Positions 1-11,247 are shown, counted from the stretch's first letter. The stretch: 64,000 nucleotides of DNA from Gammaproteobacteria bacterium (GCA_024277705.1 JAJRUQ010000003.1:4963-68962); one strand, 5' to 3'. The notes: generated by a model from the sequence alone, not told the origin. Translations and numbers: made by a program.

Positions 1-114
1 TTCACAGATTGTAGCAGAAATAATAATTGAGGTGATGATTACGGCGATTTTCAGGTAAGAATATCATGACCGGGTACATACGATTTAATACTCATACTAT
101 TTATAAAATTTAAT

Positions 115-633
115 ATGGCAAAACTAGACATACTACTTTACCCGGACAAACGGTTAAGAACGGTGGCAAAACCGGTGGAAAACGTGGATGACAACATTAA
201 AAAGCTGGTCGATGACATGCTGGAAACGATGTATGCTGCTCCCGGCATCGGTTTGGCAGCAACTCAGGTTAACCGGCATGTGCAGGTAATTGTTATTGAT
301 GTTTCTGAAGATAAAAGTCAGCCATTATGCTTGATTAATCCGGAAATTATTGATCAGGAGGGAACCGAGCGTTGCGATGAAGGCTGTCTGTCAGTGCCGG
401 ACATATATGAAAGCGTTGAGCGTTCGGAGAAAGTGACCGTTAAAGCGCTTGACCAGAATGGCAACGAATATACGTTGCAGGCCAATGAAATGCTGGCCGT
501 CTGTATTCAGCATGAAATGGATCATTTAAACGGCAAGTTGTTTGTTGATTATTTATCGCCGTTAAAACTACAGCGAATTAAAAAACGTTTGTTAAAACAG
601 CAGCGTGAAGAAGCGCGCCGGCATATTATGTAA
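115..633 (+). CDS. def: peptide deformylase
   Basis: 172-aa ORF carrying the three deformylase motifs [13 protein letters not shown] and HEMDH. It is followed by fmt, as in the canonical def-fmt pair. Confidence 0.97.
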   Translation: MAKLDILLYPDKRLRTVAKPVENVDDNIKKLVDDMLETMYAAPGIGLAATQVNRHVQVIVIDVSEDKSQPLCLINPEIIDQEGTERCDEGCLSVPDIYESVERSEKVTVKALDQNGNEYTLQANEMLAVCIQHEMDHLNGKLFVDYLSPLKLQRIKKRLLKQQREEARRHIM

Positions 634-760
634 TACAGATTTTTAATCATAAGTGATAAACCTGTATTTAGTCAGGCTGATTTTAAGTTGCTAACATTTA
701 ATCGTTTTTATCTTTCATCTTCCTGTTAGTTGTTACACCAAACCTTAAAGTAAAGACATT

Positions 761-1741
761 GTGAGCAATCCATTACGTATTATTTATGCCGGTACCCCGG
801 AATTTTCAGTCCCCGCTTTAGATGCGTTGATTGCTGCCGGTTATCCGGTGGTCGCAGTCTATACCCAGCCGGATCGCCCGGCCGGGCGTGGCAGAGGGTT
901 TAAAGCGTCTCCGGTAAAAGACAAAGCACTGCAACACAATATTCCGGTTTATCAACCAGAATCACTGAAACAGAGTGATGCACAGGAAGAATTAAAAGCC
1001 CTGAAGGCGGATTTAATGATTGTTACCGCTTATGGTCTTTTATTACCGCCGGCGGTACTGGAAACTCCACGTTTGGGTTGTATTAATATTCACGCCTCAT
1101 TGCTGCCGCGGTGGCGTGGGGCAGCACCGATACAGCGCGCAATATTAGCGGGAGATAAAAAAACCGGTATAACGATTATGCAAATGGATGCCGGTCTGGA
1201 TACCGGCGACATACTGGCAACTGCTGAATGTGAGATAGATGCACAGGATACCGGTTCGACCTTGCACGATAAATTAATGCTTCTAGGAGCCAGAACAATG
1301 CTGGATGTCTTGCCTGAAATAGCGCAGCAGGCAACAACCGCCATTAGCCAGAATGAAAAAGATGCCTGTTATGCATCAAAGTTGAGTAAGGCCGAAGCTG
1401 AAATAAACTGGTCAGATTCTGCTGAAAATATCCAGCGGGCCATCAGGGCGTACAATGCATGGCCGGTGGCTTATACCAGTTATCAAAAGAACAATAAGGT
1501 AATCAGGTTGCGAATCTGGCAGGCGGAAGATATAGAGCAGAAAGAAATGTCCGCATTGCCGGGCAGAGTGATGGCTGAATCCGCCAGTGGTATCGAAGTA
1601 ATGACCGGTAAAGGTGTCCTGCGAATTACGCAGTTACAGCAGGAAGGTAAGCGTAATATGAGCGCTGCTGATTTTCTGAATGCCAATACTTTATTGCAGC
1701 AGAAACTTGGCAGAGACAGCGGGAGCGAAACGGGTGAATAA
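761..1741 (+). CDS. fmt: methionyl-tRNA formyltransferase
   Basis: 326-aa ORF with a GTG start. It has the formyltransferase core HASLLPRWRGAAPIQRAI and lies directly after def. Confidence 0.95.
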   Translation: MSNPLRIIYAGTPEFSVPALDALIAAGYPVVAVYTQPDRPAGRGRGFKASPVKDKALQHNIPVYQPESLKQSDAQEELKALKADLMIVTAYGLLLPPAVLETPRLGCINIHASLLPRWRGAAPIQRAILAGDKKTGITIMQMDAGLDTGDILATAECEIDAQDTGSTLHDKLMLLGARTMLDVLPEIAQQATTAISQNEKDACYASKLSKAEAEINWSDSAENIQRAIRAYNAWPVAYTSYQKNNKVIRLRIWQAEDIEQKEMSALPGRVMAESASGIEVMTGKGVLRITQLQQEGKRNMSAADFLNANTLLQQKLGRDSGSETGE

Positions 1742-3131
1742 ATCTGTGGTAAAAAAAACAGCCAGTAAAAAAGCCGCTGTCAGTGCTGCCCGTCTGGCCG
1801 CCATAAAATGTTTGCGCCAGGTTTTTAAGGGTTCGTCTTTATCGGCAGTGCAGGCACAGAATATCGACATATTAGAAGACCGGCGTGATAGAGGGCTGGC
1901 GAATGAAATGGTCAACGGGGTATTACGCTGGCGCTGGCAGCTGGAAGCACTGGTCTCTGCCTTATTGAGTAAGCCGCTAAAAGCTAAAGATATTGATGTG
2001 CAACTGGTTTTATTGATGGCCTTGTATGAACTGACGGAGTGCCGTACGCCGGACTATGCCATTATCAATCAGGCGGTTGAACTGGTGAGAAAGTCAGGTA
2101 AAAAATGGGCTGCCTCGTTAGTCAATGCAGTACTGCGTCGATTCACCCGTGAACGGGAAAGACTAATATCCGGTTTAACATCAGAAACAGCCCTGTATTC
2201 CCATCCCGACTGGATCATTGATTTAATTAAACGTGACTGGCCTGATGACTGGCGGAATATATTACAGGCAAATAATCAACGCCCACCGTTCTGGTTGCGG
2301 GTAAACCGGCAACAATACAATGTTGCTCAATACCAGCAGCTGCTTGGCGATATGCAACGTGAGTCTGAAGTCAGCCCGCTGGCCGACCAGGCGGTTAAGT
2401 TATCGCAGGGCATTGATGTAAGAACATTGCCCGGTTTTGCTGGTGGTGCAGTTTCTGTGCAGGATGTCGGTGCTCAGTTGTGCGCTGCTTTGCTGAACCT
2501 GTCGGCAAAACAGAAGGTGCTTGATTTATGCGTTGCCCCCGGAGGAAAGACCTGTCATATACTTGAGCACTGCGAGCATTTGCAATCACTGGTTGCTGTT
2601 GAGCTTGATGAAAAACGCATGTTACGGGTGACAGAGAATTTGCAACGTTTACAGCTGTTAGCCGGGGCCGCATCTGCAACCGGAGATGATGCTGAAGCGG
2701 ATACACGGCTAGCGTTGATTGTTGCTGATGTGCGTGATTATCAGCAGTGGTGGCAGGGTGAATTATTTGACCGCATTCTGATTGATGCGCCGTGTTCAGC
2801 AAGTGGCGTTATACGGCGGCACCCGGATATAAAAACCCTACGCCGCTCGTCTGATATTCCGGCACTGGTAGAATTGCAGGCTGAAATTTTATTGTCCGCC
2901 TGGCAGATGCTGGCACCTGGCGGTGAGTTGCTGTATGTCACCTGTTCAATTTTTAAAGATGAAAATCAACACCAGATAAAGCGGTTTCTGGCGACTAGCA
3001 GTGACGCCAGGGAAATTGAAATTACCGCATCGTGGGGCAAACCCTGTGAGGCCGGACGCCAGCTGTTGCCGGGTGAGTTTGATGCCGATGGTTTTTATTT
3101 TTGTCGATTAAGAAAGCTTGAGGCTGTTTGA
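1734..3131 (+). CDS. rsmB: 16S rRNA (cytosine967-C5)-methyltransferase
   Basis: NusB-like N-terminal region plus SAM methyltransferase motifs DLCVAPGGKT and DAPCSASG. I place the start at GTG 1734, overlapping the fmt stop (GTGAATAA). The track ORF from 1680 overlaps fmt. Confidence 0.9.
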   Translation: MNKSVVKKTASKKAAVSAARLAAIKCLRQVFKGSSLSAVQAQNIDILEDRRDRGLANEMVNGVLRWRWQLEALVSALLSKPLKAKDIDVQLVLLMALYELTECRTPDYAIINQAVELVRKSGKKWAASLVNAVLRRFTRERERLISGLTSETALYSHPDWIIDLIKRDWPDDWRNILQANNQRPPFWLRVNRQQYNVAQYQQLLGDMQRESEVSPLADQAVKLSQGIDVRTLPGFAGGAVSVQDVGAQLCAALLNLSAKQKVLDLCVAPGGKTCHILEHCEHLQSLVAVELDEKRMLRVTENLQRLQLLAGAASATGDDAEADTRLALIVADVRDYQQWWQGELFDRILIDAPCSASGVIRRHPDIKTLRRSSDIPALVELQAEILLSAWQMLAPGGELLYVTCSIFKDENQHQIKRFLATSSDAREIEITASWGKPCEAGRQLLPGEFDADGFYFCRLRKLEAV

Positions 3132-3334
3132 TTAGCGTTGCGATTAATTTTCGCCAGGATTTTCTGCTTGTCGATGAGCCATGAAAAGTGCGGGTTTTGA
3201 GCGTAAACTTGCGCCAGAGAAAATGCCCGGAAAAACAAACGTTGAAAAAACGTAGAGTGTGAAACAGGCCGCTCTGTTTATCTTTTTTTAGAGAATAAAA
3301 TCCTGTTTAATCATTTTGTTTATAAACATATTAT

Positions 3335-4711
3335 ATGAATATATTAATTTTAGGTGCCGGACAGGTTGGTTCCAGCGTGGCAGAAAATCTGTCATCAGAG
3401 GCAAATGACATTACCCTGGTGGATACCAATGCTGCTTTATTGCATGAGTTAAGTGACCGCTGTGATATTCAAACGGTTACCGGTCACGCATCGCACCCGG
3501 ATGTGTTGAAAAAAGCCGGTATTCAGGATGCTGACATGCTGGTTGCAGTAACCAATAGTGATGAAACCAATATTGTGGCCTGCCAGATTGCCCACAGCCT
3601 GTTTAATACACCAACAAAAATAGCACGGGTGCGCTCCCAGGAATATTTAAAATATAAAGAACTGTTTAGTAAAAAAATATTGCCGATCGATGTGTTAATC
3701 AGTCCCGAGCAGTTGATTGCTGAACATATTCAACGCTTGATTGAGTACCCCGGTGCCCTGCAGGTGCTGGACTTTGCCGGTGGTCGCGCGCGACTGGTCG
3801 GGGTTAAAGCCTACTATGGCGGCCCGCTGGTGGGGCATGAAATTTCAGATTTAAAAAAACATATGCCGGGCATTGACTCCCGGGTAGCAGCAATTTTTCG
3901 TCGTGGTAAAGGTATTGTGCCGGATGGTAGTCAGGTCATTGAGGCCGATGATGAAGTGTTTTTTATTGCGGCAGCAAAAGATATCAGAGCGGTTATGTCT
4001 GAGTTGCGTAAACTGGATAAACCTATAAAGCGTATTATGCTGGCCGGTGGCGGTAATATCGGCAAGCGACTGGCAGAATCGCTGGAACGAAAATATAACG
4101 TAAAAGTTCTGGAACGAAATGCAGAGCGGGCAGAGGCGCTGTCCTGTGATCTCAATAAAGCAATTGTATTGCAGGGTGATGCTGCAGATGAAGATTTGTT
4201 ACTGGAGGAAAACATTGATCAGATGGATGTGTTCTGTGCCTTAACCAATGACGATGAAGCAAACATATTGTCATCAATGCTGGTTAAACGTCTGGGTGCA
4301 AGAAAAGTCATGTCACTGATCAACCGGGCAGCCTATGTTGATTTGATGGAAAGTGAAGGCACTATTGATGTAGCAATCTCGCCACAACAGATTACCATCA
4401 GTGGTCTGCTAGCTCATGTTCGACGTGGTGACGTTGTTGCTGTGCATTCGTTGCGCCGTGGTGCAGCCGAAGCCATTGAAGCTATTGCTCATGGTGACAG
4501 TGTGAATTCAAAAGTGGTCGGTAAAAGAGTAGAGCAGATAAACCTTCCCGAGGGAACAACCATTGGTGCCATTATTCGCGGAGAACAGGTGATAATGGCG
4601 CATCATGATATTGTTATTGAAAATGAAGACCATCTTATTTTGTTCCTGCTTTATAAAGAAAAGTTTCATGCAGTTGAAAAGTTGTTTCAGGTTGGTGTTA
4701 CATTCTTTTAG
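3335..4711 (+). CDS. trkA: Trk potassium uptake system NAD-binding protein TrkA
   Basis: 458 aa with two Rossmann glycine loops (ILGAGQVGSS and LAGGGNIGKR), each followed by a TrkA-C-like segment. Confidence 0.95.
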   Translation: MNILILGAGQVGSSVAENLSSEANDITLVDTNAALLHELSDRCDIQTVTGHASHPDVLKKAGIQDADMLVAVTNSDETNIVACQIAHSLFNTPTKIARVRSQEYLKYKELFSKKILPIDVLISPEQLIAEHIQRLIEYPGALQVLDFAGGRARLVGVKAYYGGPLVGHEISDLKKHMPGIDSRVAAIFRRGKGIVPDGSQVIEADDEVFFIAAAKDIRAVMSELRKLDKPIKRIMLAGGGNIGKRLAESLERKYNVKVLERNAERAEALSCDLNKAIVLQGDAADEDLLLEENIDQMDVFCALTNDDEANILSSMLVKRLGARKVMSLINRAAYVDLMESEGTIDVAISPQQITISGLLAHVRRGDVVAVHSLRRGAAEAIEAIAHGDSVNSKVVGKRVEQINLPEGTTIGAIIRGEQVIMAHHDIVIENEDHLILFLLYKEKFHAVEKLFQVGVTFF

Positions 4712-4772
4712 CAAGAAGATATGTCGCCAACTGTTTTTATTTGAAGATCAAAGATGGTAACCAGAACTTAAT

Positions 4773-6224
4773 ATGCAATTCGCTGTAATACAAAAAATTA
4801 TCGGGCAGTTTGTTATGTTGTTTAGCGTAACCCTGCTACCTCCCGTGATAATTGATTTGATTTACCAGGAAGGTGCGGCACATAATTTTTTTTATAGTTA
4901 TCTGTTTTTACTGGTTGTTGGTTTTCTGTTGTTTCTTCCGGTCAGAAATAAAAAAAGTGATTTGCGTTTGCGTGATGGTTTCGTTGTCGCAGTATTGTTC
5001 TGGCTGGTTTTAGGCATAGCCGGTGCGTTACCCTTTTACACCTATGAAAAAATGGATATTGGTTTCGCCAGTGCGCTCTTTGAATCAATATCCGGTTTAA
5101 CTACAACCGGTGCTACCGTGCTCATCGGGCTGGATGACCTGCCACACAGTATTTTGTTTTACCGGCAGGAATTGCAATGGCTGGGAGGGATGGGCATCAT
5201 TGTATTAGCGGTGGCAGTAATGCCGATGCTGGGTGTTGGTGGTATGCAGTTATATAAAGCAGAAACCCCCGGCCCGGTAAAAGATAACAAACTGACACCA
5301 CGTATTGCGGAAACTGCAAAAGCATTGTGGTATATCTACGTAAGCTTGACCATTGTATGTGCAATTGCCTACTGGCTGGCAGGCATGACATTTTTTGATG
5401 CGGTCGCGCACAGTTTTTCAACAGTGTCGAATGGTGGTTTCTCAACGCATGACCGCAGTGTTAATTATTTCGATAATATGGCTATCGAATGGGTGGCGAT
5501 TGTTTTTATGTTGCTTGGGGGCATTAATTTTGCATTGCATTTCTCTGTTGTTCGCTCTAAAAGTTTAATGCCCTATTTGCGGGACTCGGAATTTCGTTTT
5601 TATATCGCCATGCTGACCATGGTGTTTTTGTTATCAACCTATGTTTTATATACGCAGTCAATACTTCATGATTTTCCATTGGCATTTCGTGAAGCAATCT
5701 TTCAGACAGTATCAATTACTACAACATCGGGTTTTGTGACAACGGATTATTCCACCTGGCCGGTTTTTATACCGGTGTTGCTTATTTTCTCCAGTTTTGT
5801 CGGTGGTTGTGCCGGTTCTACCGGCGGCGGCATAAAAGTAATACGTATTTTATTGTTGATCAAGCAGGGGCAGCGGGAAATCATGCGGCTGATTCACCCG
5901 AATGCACGAGTGACCGTTAAAATTGGCAGGCAGCCGGTTGAGAATTCAGTGATCGATGCGGTCTGGGGCTTTTTCGCGGCATATGTCGCTTTGTTTGTGC
6001 TGATGATGCTGACATTAATGTTTACCGGACTTGATCAGATTACCGCTTTTTCAGCAGTGGCGGCAACATTAAATAATCTTGGTCCCGGCCTTGGTGAGGT
6101 CACACAAAATTATGCCAGCCTTTCATATTTTAATAAATTATTATTATGTTTTTCCATGCTACTGGGTCGACTTGAAATCTTTACTCTGCTGGTACTGCTG
6201 ACACCGGCCTTCTGGCGTAAATAG
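4773..6224 (+). CDS. trkH: Trk system potassium uptake membrane protein TrkH
   Basis: 483-aa polytopic membrane protein with repeated selectivity-filter-like segments (TTTGAT, SNGGFS, TTSGF, GSTGGGIK). It is adjacent to trkA. Confidence 0.93.
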   Translation: MQFAVIQKIIGQFVMLFSVTLLPPVIIDLIYQEGAAHNFFYSYLFLLVVGFLLFLPVRNKKSDLRLRDGFVVAVLFWLVLGIAGALPFYTYEKMDIGFASALFESISGLTTTGATVLIGLDDLPHSILFYRQELQWLGGMGIIVLAVAVMPMLGVGGMQLYKAETPGPVKDNKLTPRIAETAKALWYIYVSLTIVCAIAYWLAGMTFFDAVAHSFSTVSNGGFSTHDRSVNYFDNMAIEWVAIVFMLLGGINFALHFSVVRSKSLMPYLRDSEFRFYIAMLTMVFLLSTYVLYTQSILHDFPLAFREAIFQTVSITTTSGFVTTDYSTWPVFIPVLLIFSSFVGGCAGSTGGGIKVIRILLLIKQGQREIMRLIHPNARVTVKIGRQPVENSVIDAVWGFFAAYVALFVLMMLTLMFTGLDQITAFSAVAATLNNLGPGLGEVTQNYASLSYFNKLLLCFSMLLGRLEIFTLLVLLTPAFWRK

Positions 6225-6235
6225 TCTTATTGTTT

Positions 6236-7189
6236 ATGAATAAAAAAGTGCAACAAAGCGGGCATTATAAATTTCAATGGTCGTTTTTATCACCGCGCTA
6301 CTGGCTGACGTGGCTGGGTCTGGGGTTATATTTTCTTGTGACTCTGATGCCGATGTCTTTTGTTGACCGCCTGGGTGTGCGGCTGGGACAATATGCTGCA
6401 GTTAAAAATAAAAAACGTTTTAATATAGCTAAAACAAATCTGTCCTTATGTTTTCCGCATAAAACCCCTGCACAAATCGAGCACATGGTACTACAGCATT
6501 TTCAGGCACAATTTCGCAGTGTGCTGCATTATTATATATTGTGGTGGCGATCGGAAATGCGGATAAAAAATATCATTGAAACGCAGGGCTTTGAGCAGAT
6601 AAAAAATTATAAGCAGCAGAATAAAAATATTATTATTCTGTTAATTCATAATGTTGGGCTGGAGTTCGCCTCACCGGCCATCACCATGGAACATGCAACC
6701 AGCGCACCTTTTAAAAAAATGCGCAATCCGGTTATTAACTGGATGGTGGCTCGCGGTCGCCTGCGTTTTGGTGAAAAACTGGGAGGCAGGTTGTTTACCC
6801 GTGAAGAGGGACTGCGGCCGCTGATTCGTGATACCCGTGCAGGGAATATTCTGGTTTATCTTGCCGATGAAGATTTGGGTGAGCAGCACTCGATTTTTGC
6901 ACCTTTTTACGGTGTGGCAAAGGCTACGCTACCAGTGTTAGGCAGGCTGGCTAAAGCAACCAACGCGGTTGTGCTGCCCTGTGCCAGCTGTTATTTACCG
7001 GAAAAGAGAAAATACCGGGTGACCTTGTTTCCGCAAATTGAAGGTCTGCCCAGTGGTGATGATGTGCTTGATAGTACCCGGATGAACCGGGCGATTGAGT
7101 CGGCAATTGAAATCTGTCCCATTCAGTATTTGTGGACCTTGCGATATTTTCAGACCCGCCCTCAGGGTGAGGCTTCATTTTATGATTGA
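6236..7189 (+). CDS. lpxL: lipid A biosynthesis (Kdo)2-lipid IVA acyltransferase, LpxL/LpxM/LpxP family
   Basis: About 317 aa with the family N-terminus ([16 protein letters not shown]), a membrane anchor and a central HxxxxE-like region. I cannot tell which paralog it is. The start is taken at ATG 6236. Confidence 0.75.
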   Translation: MNKKVQQSGHYKFQWSFLSPRYWLTWLGLGLYFLVTLMPMSFVDRLGVRLGQYAAVKNKKRFNIAKTNLSLCFPHKTPAQIEHMVLQHFQAQFRSVLHYYILWWRSEMRIKNIIETQGFEQIKNYKQQNKNIIILLIHNVGLEFASPAITMEHATSAPFKKMRNPVINWMVARGRLRFGEKLGGRLFTREEGLRPLIRDTRAGNILVYLADEDLGEQHSIFAPFYGVAKATLPVLGRLAKATNAVVLPCASCYLPEKRKYRVTLFPQIEGLPSGDDVLDSTRMNRAIESAIEICPIQYLWTLRYFQTRPQGEASFYD

Positions 7190-8006
7190 ATCTGCCATAA
7201 CGGTAAGCCCCATGCAGCATGCGAAAACTGAAAAACGTCTGCTGAAGCAGCTGAAACACAAGGTTGGCGAAGCGATTCTTCAATATAATATGATTGCGGA
7301 CGGTGATCGTGTCATGGTTTGTCTGTCAGGCGGCAAGGACAGTTTTACGATGCTGGAAATATTAATGTTATTACAGAAAAAAGCCCCGGTTTCTTTTCAG
7401 CTGGTCGCGGTTAATCTTGACCAGAAACAACCGGGATTTCCGGAGCATGTTTTGCCCGAATATCTTGATAATCTAGGTATTGAGTATCACATAATCGAAC
7501 AGGATACTTACAGTATTGTTAAAGATAAAGTTGCATAAGGAAAAACCACATGTGGATTATGTTCACGTTTGCGCCGCGGTATCCTGTATTCTTTTGCTGA
7601 ACAAACAGGCGCAACCAGGATAGCCCTGGGGCATCATCAGGATGACATTGTTGAAACGTTTTTTCTTAATATGTTTTATAATGCGCAGCTTAAAACCATG
7701 CCGCCAAAACTGTTAAGTGATAATAAAAAACATGTAGTCATACGACCGCTGGCGCTGTGCCATGAGGCCGATATTGATACTTATGCCAAGCTAAGAGGTT
7801 ACCCTCTGATTCCCTGTAATTTATGTGGTTCCCAGGATAATATGCAGCGCAAAGTAATAAAAAAAATGATACAGCGATGGGAGCAGGAAAAACCCGGTCG
7901 TAGCGATATGATTATGCGCAGCCTGCAACATGTTGTGCCTTCCCATCTTGCTGATGACGCATTATTTGATTTTAAGGCTTTATCTACGGTAGCATCCTCT
8001 GATTAA
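7182..8006 (+). pseudogene. ttcA: tRNA 2-thiocytidine(32) synthetase TtcA, interrupted by one in-frame TAA
   Basis: Track ORFs 7095..7538 and 7569..8006 are in the same frame. The PP-loop SGGKDS lies in the first part. [17 protein letters not shown] follows immediately after TAA at 7536..7538. The ATG at 7182 overlaps the lpxL stop. Confidence 0.85.
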
Positions 8007-8365
8007 GTCATGAACCGGTAAACGGTTCAATCCGGGTTGTTTCCCGCAGCAGAGCAATAACAACCGGTGGGTAAAATGCTTGCGCTTTATATCGCAGCGT
8101 TAATCAGGATTATTTTGCAGGTGTTAATCATATTATAATAACTCGGAACCCTGTCTTATTATGGTATTAGCCCCAATATTGACTATAATAGTGGCAGTGG
8201 TTTTGCACAAAGTGAATTTATTCTACTGATACTGGAAATGATCTAAAAATACGTGTTCAAGACATGATCTGCACTGTGCCAGCTGATTTTATGATTTTTT
8301 GTCACGATAGAAATGCTGCTTGTGTAAAATATTCTTGCAACCTCGATGTAGTTATTAATTAAAAA

Positions 8366-10114
8366 ATGCCAGATAACTCTTCTCTGATGGATGATCCGCA
8401 GTTTTACTCTGAACTGCTGCGCGCATATTTTGACAGTACCCGTGATGCAATTTTTGTGTTGTGTGACGAAATGAAGTTTCTTACCTGTAATAAAACAACA
8501 GAGCACTGGCTTGGCATTTCCGAGAACGAACTTACCCGGCACAATCATCGTACCCCGATAGTCCGGCTGTTGGGTGATCACTATGATGCTGAAAAATTCG
8601 GTGTGTTTTTTAACAGTGCAATCAAAGGCAAGTCAGCGTCATTTGAAACCTTGATCAGGCCATTGCAGGGAAAGGATCGCTGGATTGATATAAGCATGTC
8701 ACGTGTTGATATTGAAAACGGTGATATGGTTATTGCTGTTGCACGTGATATTTCTGAGCGAAAAAAACATCTGGCGATGATAAAAAAACAGTCTCGTTAT
8801 GATGAACTTACAGGCCTGCCGAACAGAAAATACATCATTGAATATCTCAAAAAATATCAGAATAACTTGAATAAAGCATCACATGAGCTGGTGTTGCTGG
8901 TTCTGGATCTTGATCGTTTTAAGGAAGTTAATGAAAGTCTGGGTCATAAAGCAGGTGATTTAATTCTGCAGGAAATTGCACGGCGCTTAAGCCGGGTGAC
9001 AGATATTTCATCCGGTGAAGTGGTTGCCCGTCTTAGTGGGGATGAATTTGCTATTGCTTTTCCCGGTATTGAGCTGTCACAGTCAAGAATTACTGCGCAG
9101 ATGATACGGCAGATTGTTTCTCAGCCGTTTGCTGTTGCAGGCCGGAAAATAAGTCTGAATTGCGCTATCGGGGTGGCCGCCCTGCCAACGCATACCAATG
9201 ATAGTTCCAAGTTGATACAACTGGCAGAAGTCGCAATGTATAATGCGAAATCACATAAACTTGGAATCTCTACCTATGATCCCAGGCTTTCGGGATCGGT
9301 CAGTGAGCGTCTGCATCTGGCCACTGATTTATGTGAGTCACTGAAAAAAAGTCATATCAAAGCGTTTTTTCAGCCAATTATTAATATGCGGACAAAGTCG
9401 CTGCATGCTGAAGTGCTGGCAAGATGGCAGCATCCACAACGTGGCAATATTGTGCCTGATATATTTATTCCTCTTGCGGAAGAAACTGGAAGTATTAATA
9501 AACTGACCTCAAAAATTATGGAGTCAGCATTACGTGCTTGCGCGCCCCTGTTTCATGAACATGTATTAGAAAGTGTCTCCGTCAATATTTCCCCCTATTG
9601 CCTGTCAAACGAGAAGCTTCCGACTGAAATTGAAACTTATCTGGAAAAATATGATATTCAGGCGAGTTCTCTCACGCTGGAAATAACAGAATCGGTAATG
9701 ATGTCGAACCTGCCGTCGACACAAAAGAATATTGAAGCTTTACATAAATTAGGGCTGGCATTTTCGATTGATGATTTTGGTACCGGCTACTCTTCGCTGT
9801 CAAAGTTAAAATATATGCAGCTGAAAGAATTAAAAATTGATAAGTCATTTATTCTTAATATTGACCAGCATGAAAATGATTCTGCCATTACCAATGCTGC
9901 CATCACAAATGCAATGATCAAAATGGCGCATGCTCTGGGTCTGGAAGTCGTTGCTGAAGGCATTGAAAATGAAGAAATATGGAGCCGGCTCAGTGATATA
10001 GACTGTGATTATGGTCAGGGGTACTGGATAGCAAAACCTATGTCGGCGAACAAGTTTATTTCCTGGGTTAAAAACTATCATGAGCTTATTAAATCATCAT
10101 CCGGTATCTCCTGA
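8366..10114 (+). CDS. PAS-GGDEF-EAL signalling protein (c-di-GMP turnover)
   Basis: 582 aa. The N-terminus is PAS-like. The GGDEF domain has a variant SGDEF motif (9035..9049). The EAL domain has an EVL motif (9410..9418) and DDFGTGYSS. Confidence 0.9.
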   Translation: MPDNSSLMDDPQFYSELLRAYFDSTRDAIFVLCDEMKFLTCNKTTEHWLGISENELTRHNHRTPIVRLLGDHYDAEKFGVFFNSAIKGKSASFETLIRPLQGKDRWIDISMSRVDIENGDMVIAVARDISERKKHLAMIKKQSRYDELTGLPNRKYIIEYLKKYQNNLNKASHELVLLVLDLDRFKEVNESLGHKAGDLILQEIARRLSRVTDISSGEVVARLSGDEFAIAFPGIELSQSRITAQMIRQIVSQPFAVAGRKISLNCAIGVAALPTHTNDSSKLIQLAEVAMYNAKSHKLGISTYDPRLSGSVSERLHLATDLCESLKKSHIKAFFQPIINMRTKSLHAEVLARWQHPQRGNIVPDIFIPLAEETGSINKLTSKIMESALRACAPLFHEHVLESVSVNISPYCLSNEKLPTEIETYLEKYDIQASSLTLEITESVMMSNLPSTQKNIEALHKLGLAFSIDDFGTGYSSLSKLKYMQLKELKIDKSFILNIDQHENDSAITNAAITNAMIKMAHALGLEVVAEGIENEEIWSRLSDIDCDYGQGYWIAKPMSANKFISWVKNYHELIKSSSGIS

Positions 10115-10239
10115 ATTGATAGAGACTCCCTGGATATATCCACGGTCTATTGATTTTTGCAGCCAGCGTCTCCACAATAATCTTATTGTTATAAAACCGT
10201 TAAATTTAATTATCAATTTAATAAATGTATTAGTCAGCG

Positions 10240-11244
10240 ATGGAATATAAAGATTATTATCAATTAATGGGGGTTGAGCGTAGTGCAACCCAGGATGAAA
10301 TTAAACGTGCCTATCGAAAACTGGCGCGTAAATATCACCCGGATGTGAGTAAGGAGGCCGATGCAGAAAAACGTTTTAAGGAAGTTGGTGAGGCCTACGA
10401 GGTTCTCAAGGACCCGGAGAAGCGTGCGGCTTATGATCAGTTAGGTGCTAACTGGAAAGCCGGTCAGGATTTTAATGCACCACCAGACTGGGATGCCGGG
10501 TTTGAATTTGGCGGTGGCGGGTTCACTGGCAGCGGTTCTCAGTATCGAAATTTCAATGAGGCCGATGCGGGCGCGTACAGCGACTTTTTTGAGTCGCTTT
10601 TTGGTCAGGGTTTTCAGCAGGCAGGTGGCCGGGCACAGGATTATCAGCAACATGGTGGTTTTCACTCTGCCGGCAGTGATCATCATGCCAAAATTCTGAT
10701 CGATCTGGAGGATGCCATGAATGGTGTCACCCGCTCAATCAGTTTACGGGTGCCGGTTGTTGATGCCGGTGGGCATGTGACAACAAAAGAACGCGTACTT
10801 AAAATAAATATTCCCAAAGGCATAAAGCAGGGGCAGCATATTCGACTGGCCGGGCAGGGAAATCCAGGAACAGGTAAGGGTAAAGCCGGTGATTTATATC
10901 TTGAAATCGAATTTAATCCGCACAGTATTTATCGTGTTGAAGGTCGCGATGTTTATCTGGATTTGCCTGTGGCACCATGGGAGGCTGCATTGGGGGCGAA
11001 TGTGAAAGCTCCAACTCCCGGTGGTGTGGTTGACCTGAAGATCAAGCCGGGTTCCGTTAATGGCAGTAAAATGAGACTCAAAGGCCGGGGTATCCCGGCC
11101 AGCTCGGCTAATAACAGTGCGGGTGACCTTTATGTCATTTTAACAGTGGCTTTGCCCGCAGCCAATACGGACAGTGAAAAAGCCGCTTATGAAAAGCTGA
11201 AACAATCATTCCACTTTAATCCACGTGCCAGACTAGGGGTGTAA
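10240..11244 (+). CDS. cbpA: curved DNA-binding protein CbpA (DnaJ-like co-chaperone)
   Basis: J-domain with YRKLARKYHPD, a G/F-rich linker and a DnaJ C-terminal domain without a zinc finger. It is followed by cbpM. Confidence 0.9.
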   Translation: MEYKDYYQLMGVERSATQDEIKRAYRKLARKYHPDVSKEADAEKRFKEVGEAYEVLKDPEKRAAYDQLGANWKAGQDFNAPPDWDAGFEFGGGGFTGSGSQYRNFNEADAGAYSDFFESLFGQGFQQAGGRAQDYQQHGGFHSAGSDHHAKILIDLEDAMNGVTRSISLRVPVVDAGGHVTTKERVLKINIPKGIKQGQHIRLAGQGNPGTGKGKAGDLYLEIEFNPHSIYRVEGRDVYLDLPVAPWEAALGANVKAPTPGGVVDLKIKPGSVNGSKMRLKGRGIPASSANNSAGDLYVILTVALPAANTDSEKAAYEKLKQSFHFNPRARLGV

Positions 11245-11247
11245 TAC

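Noticed and set aside
1090-2941. Minus-strand track ORFs inside fmt and rsmB (1090..1344, 1483..1686, 1691..1915, 2395..2802, 2741..2941).
   Set aside because: They lie antisense to strongly conserved genes, show no motifs and have odd composition. They are typical shadow ORFs.
7095-7181. Upstream extension of the first ttcA ORF into lpxL.
   Set aside because: The extension overlaps the lpxL 3' end. ATG 7182 gives the conserved TtcA N-terminus and an ATGA-type overlap with the lpxL stop.
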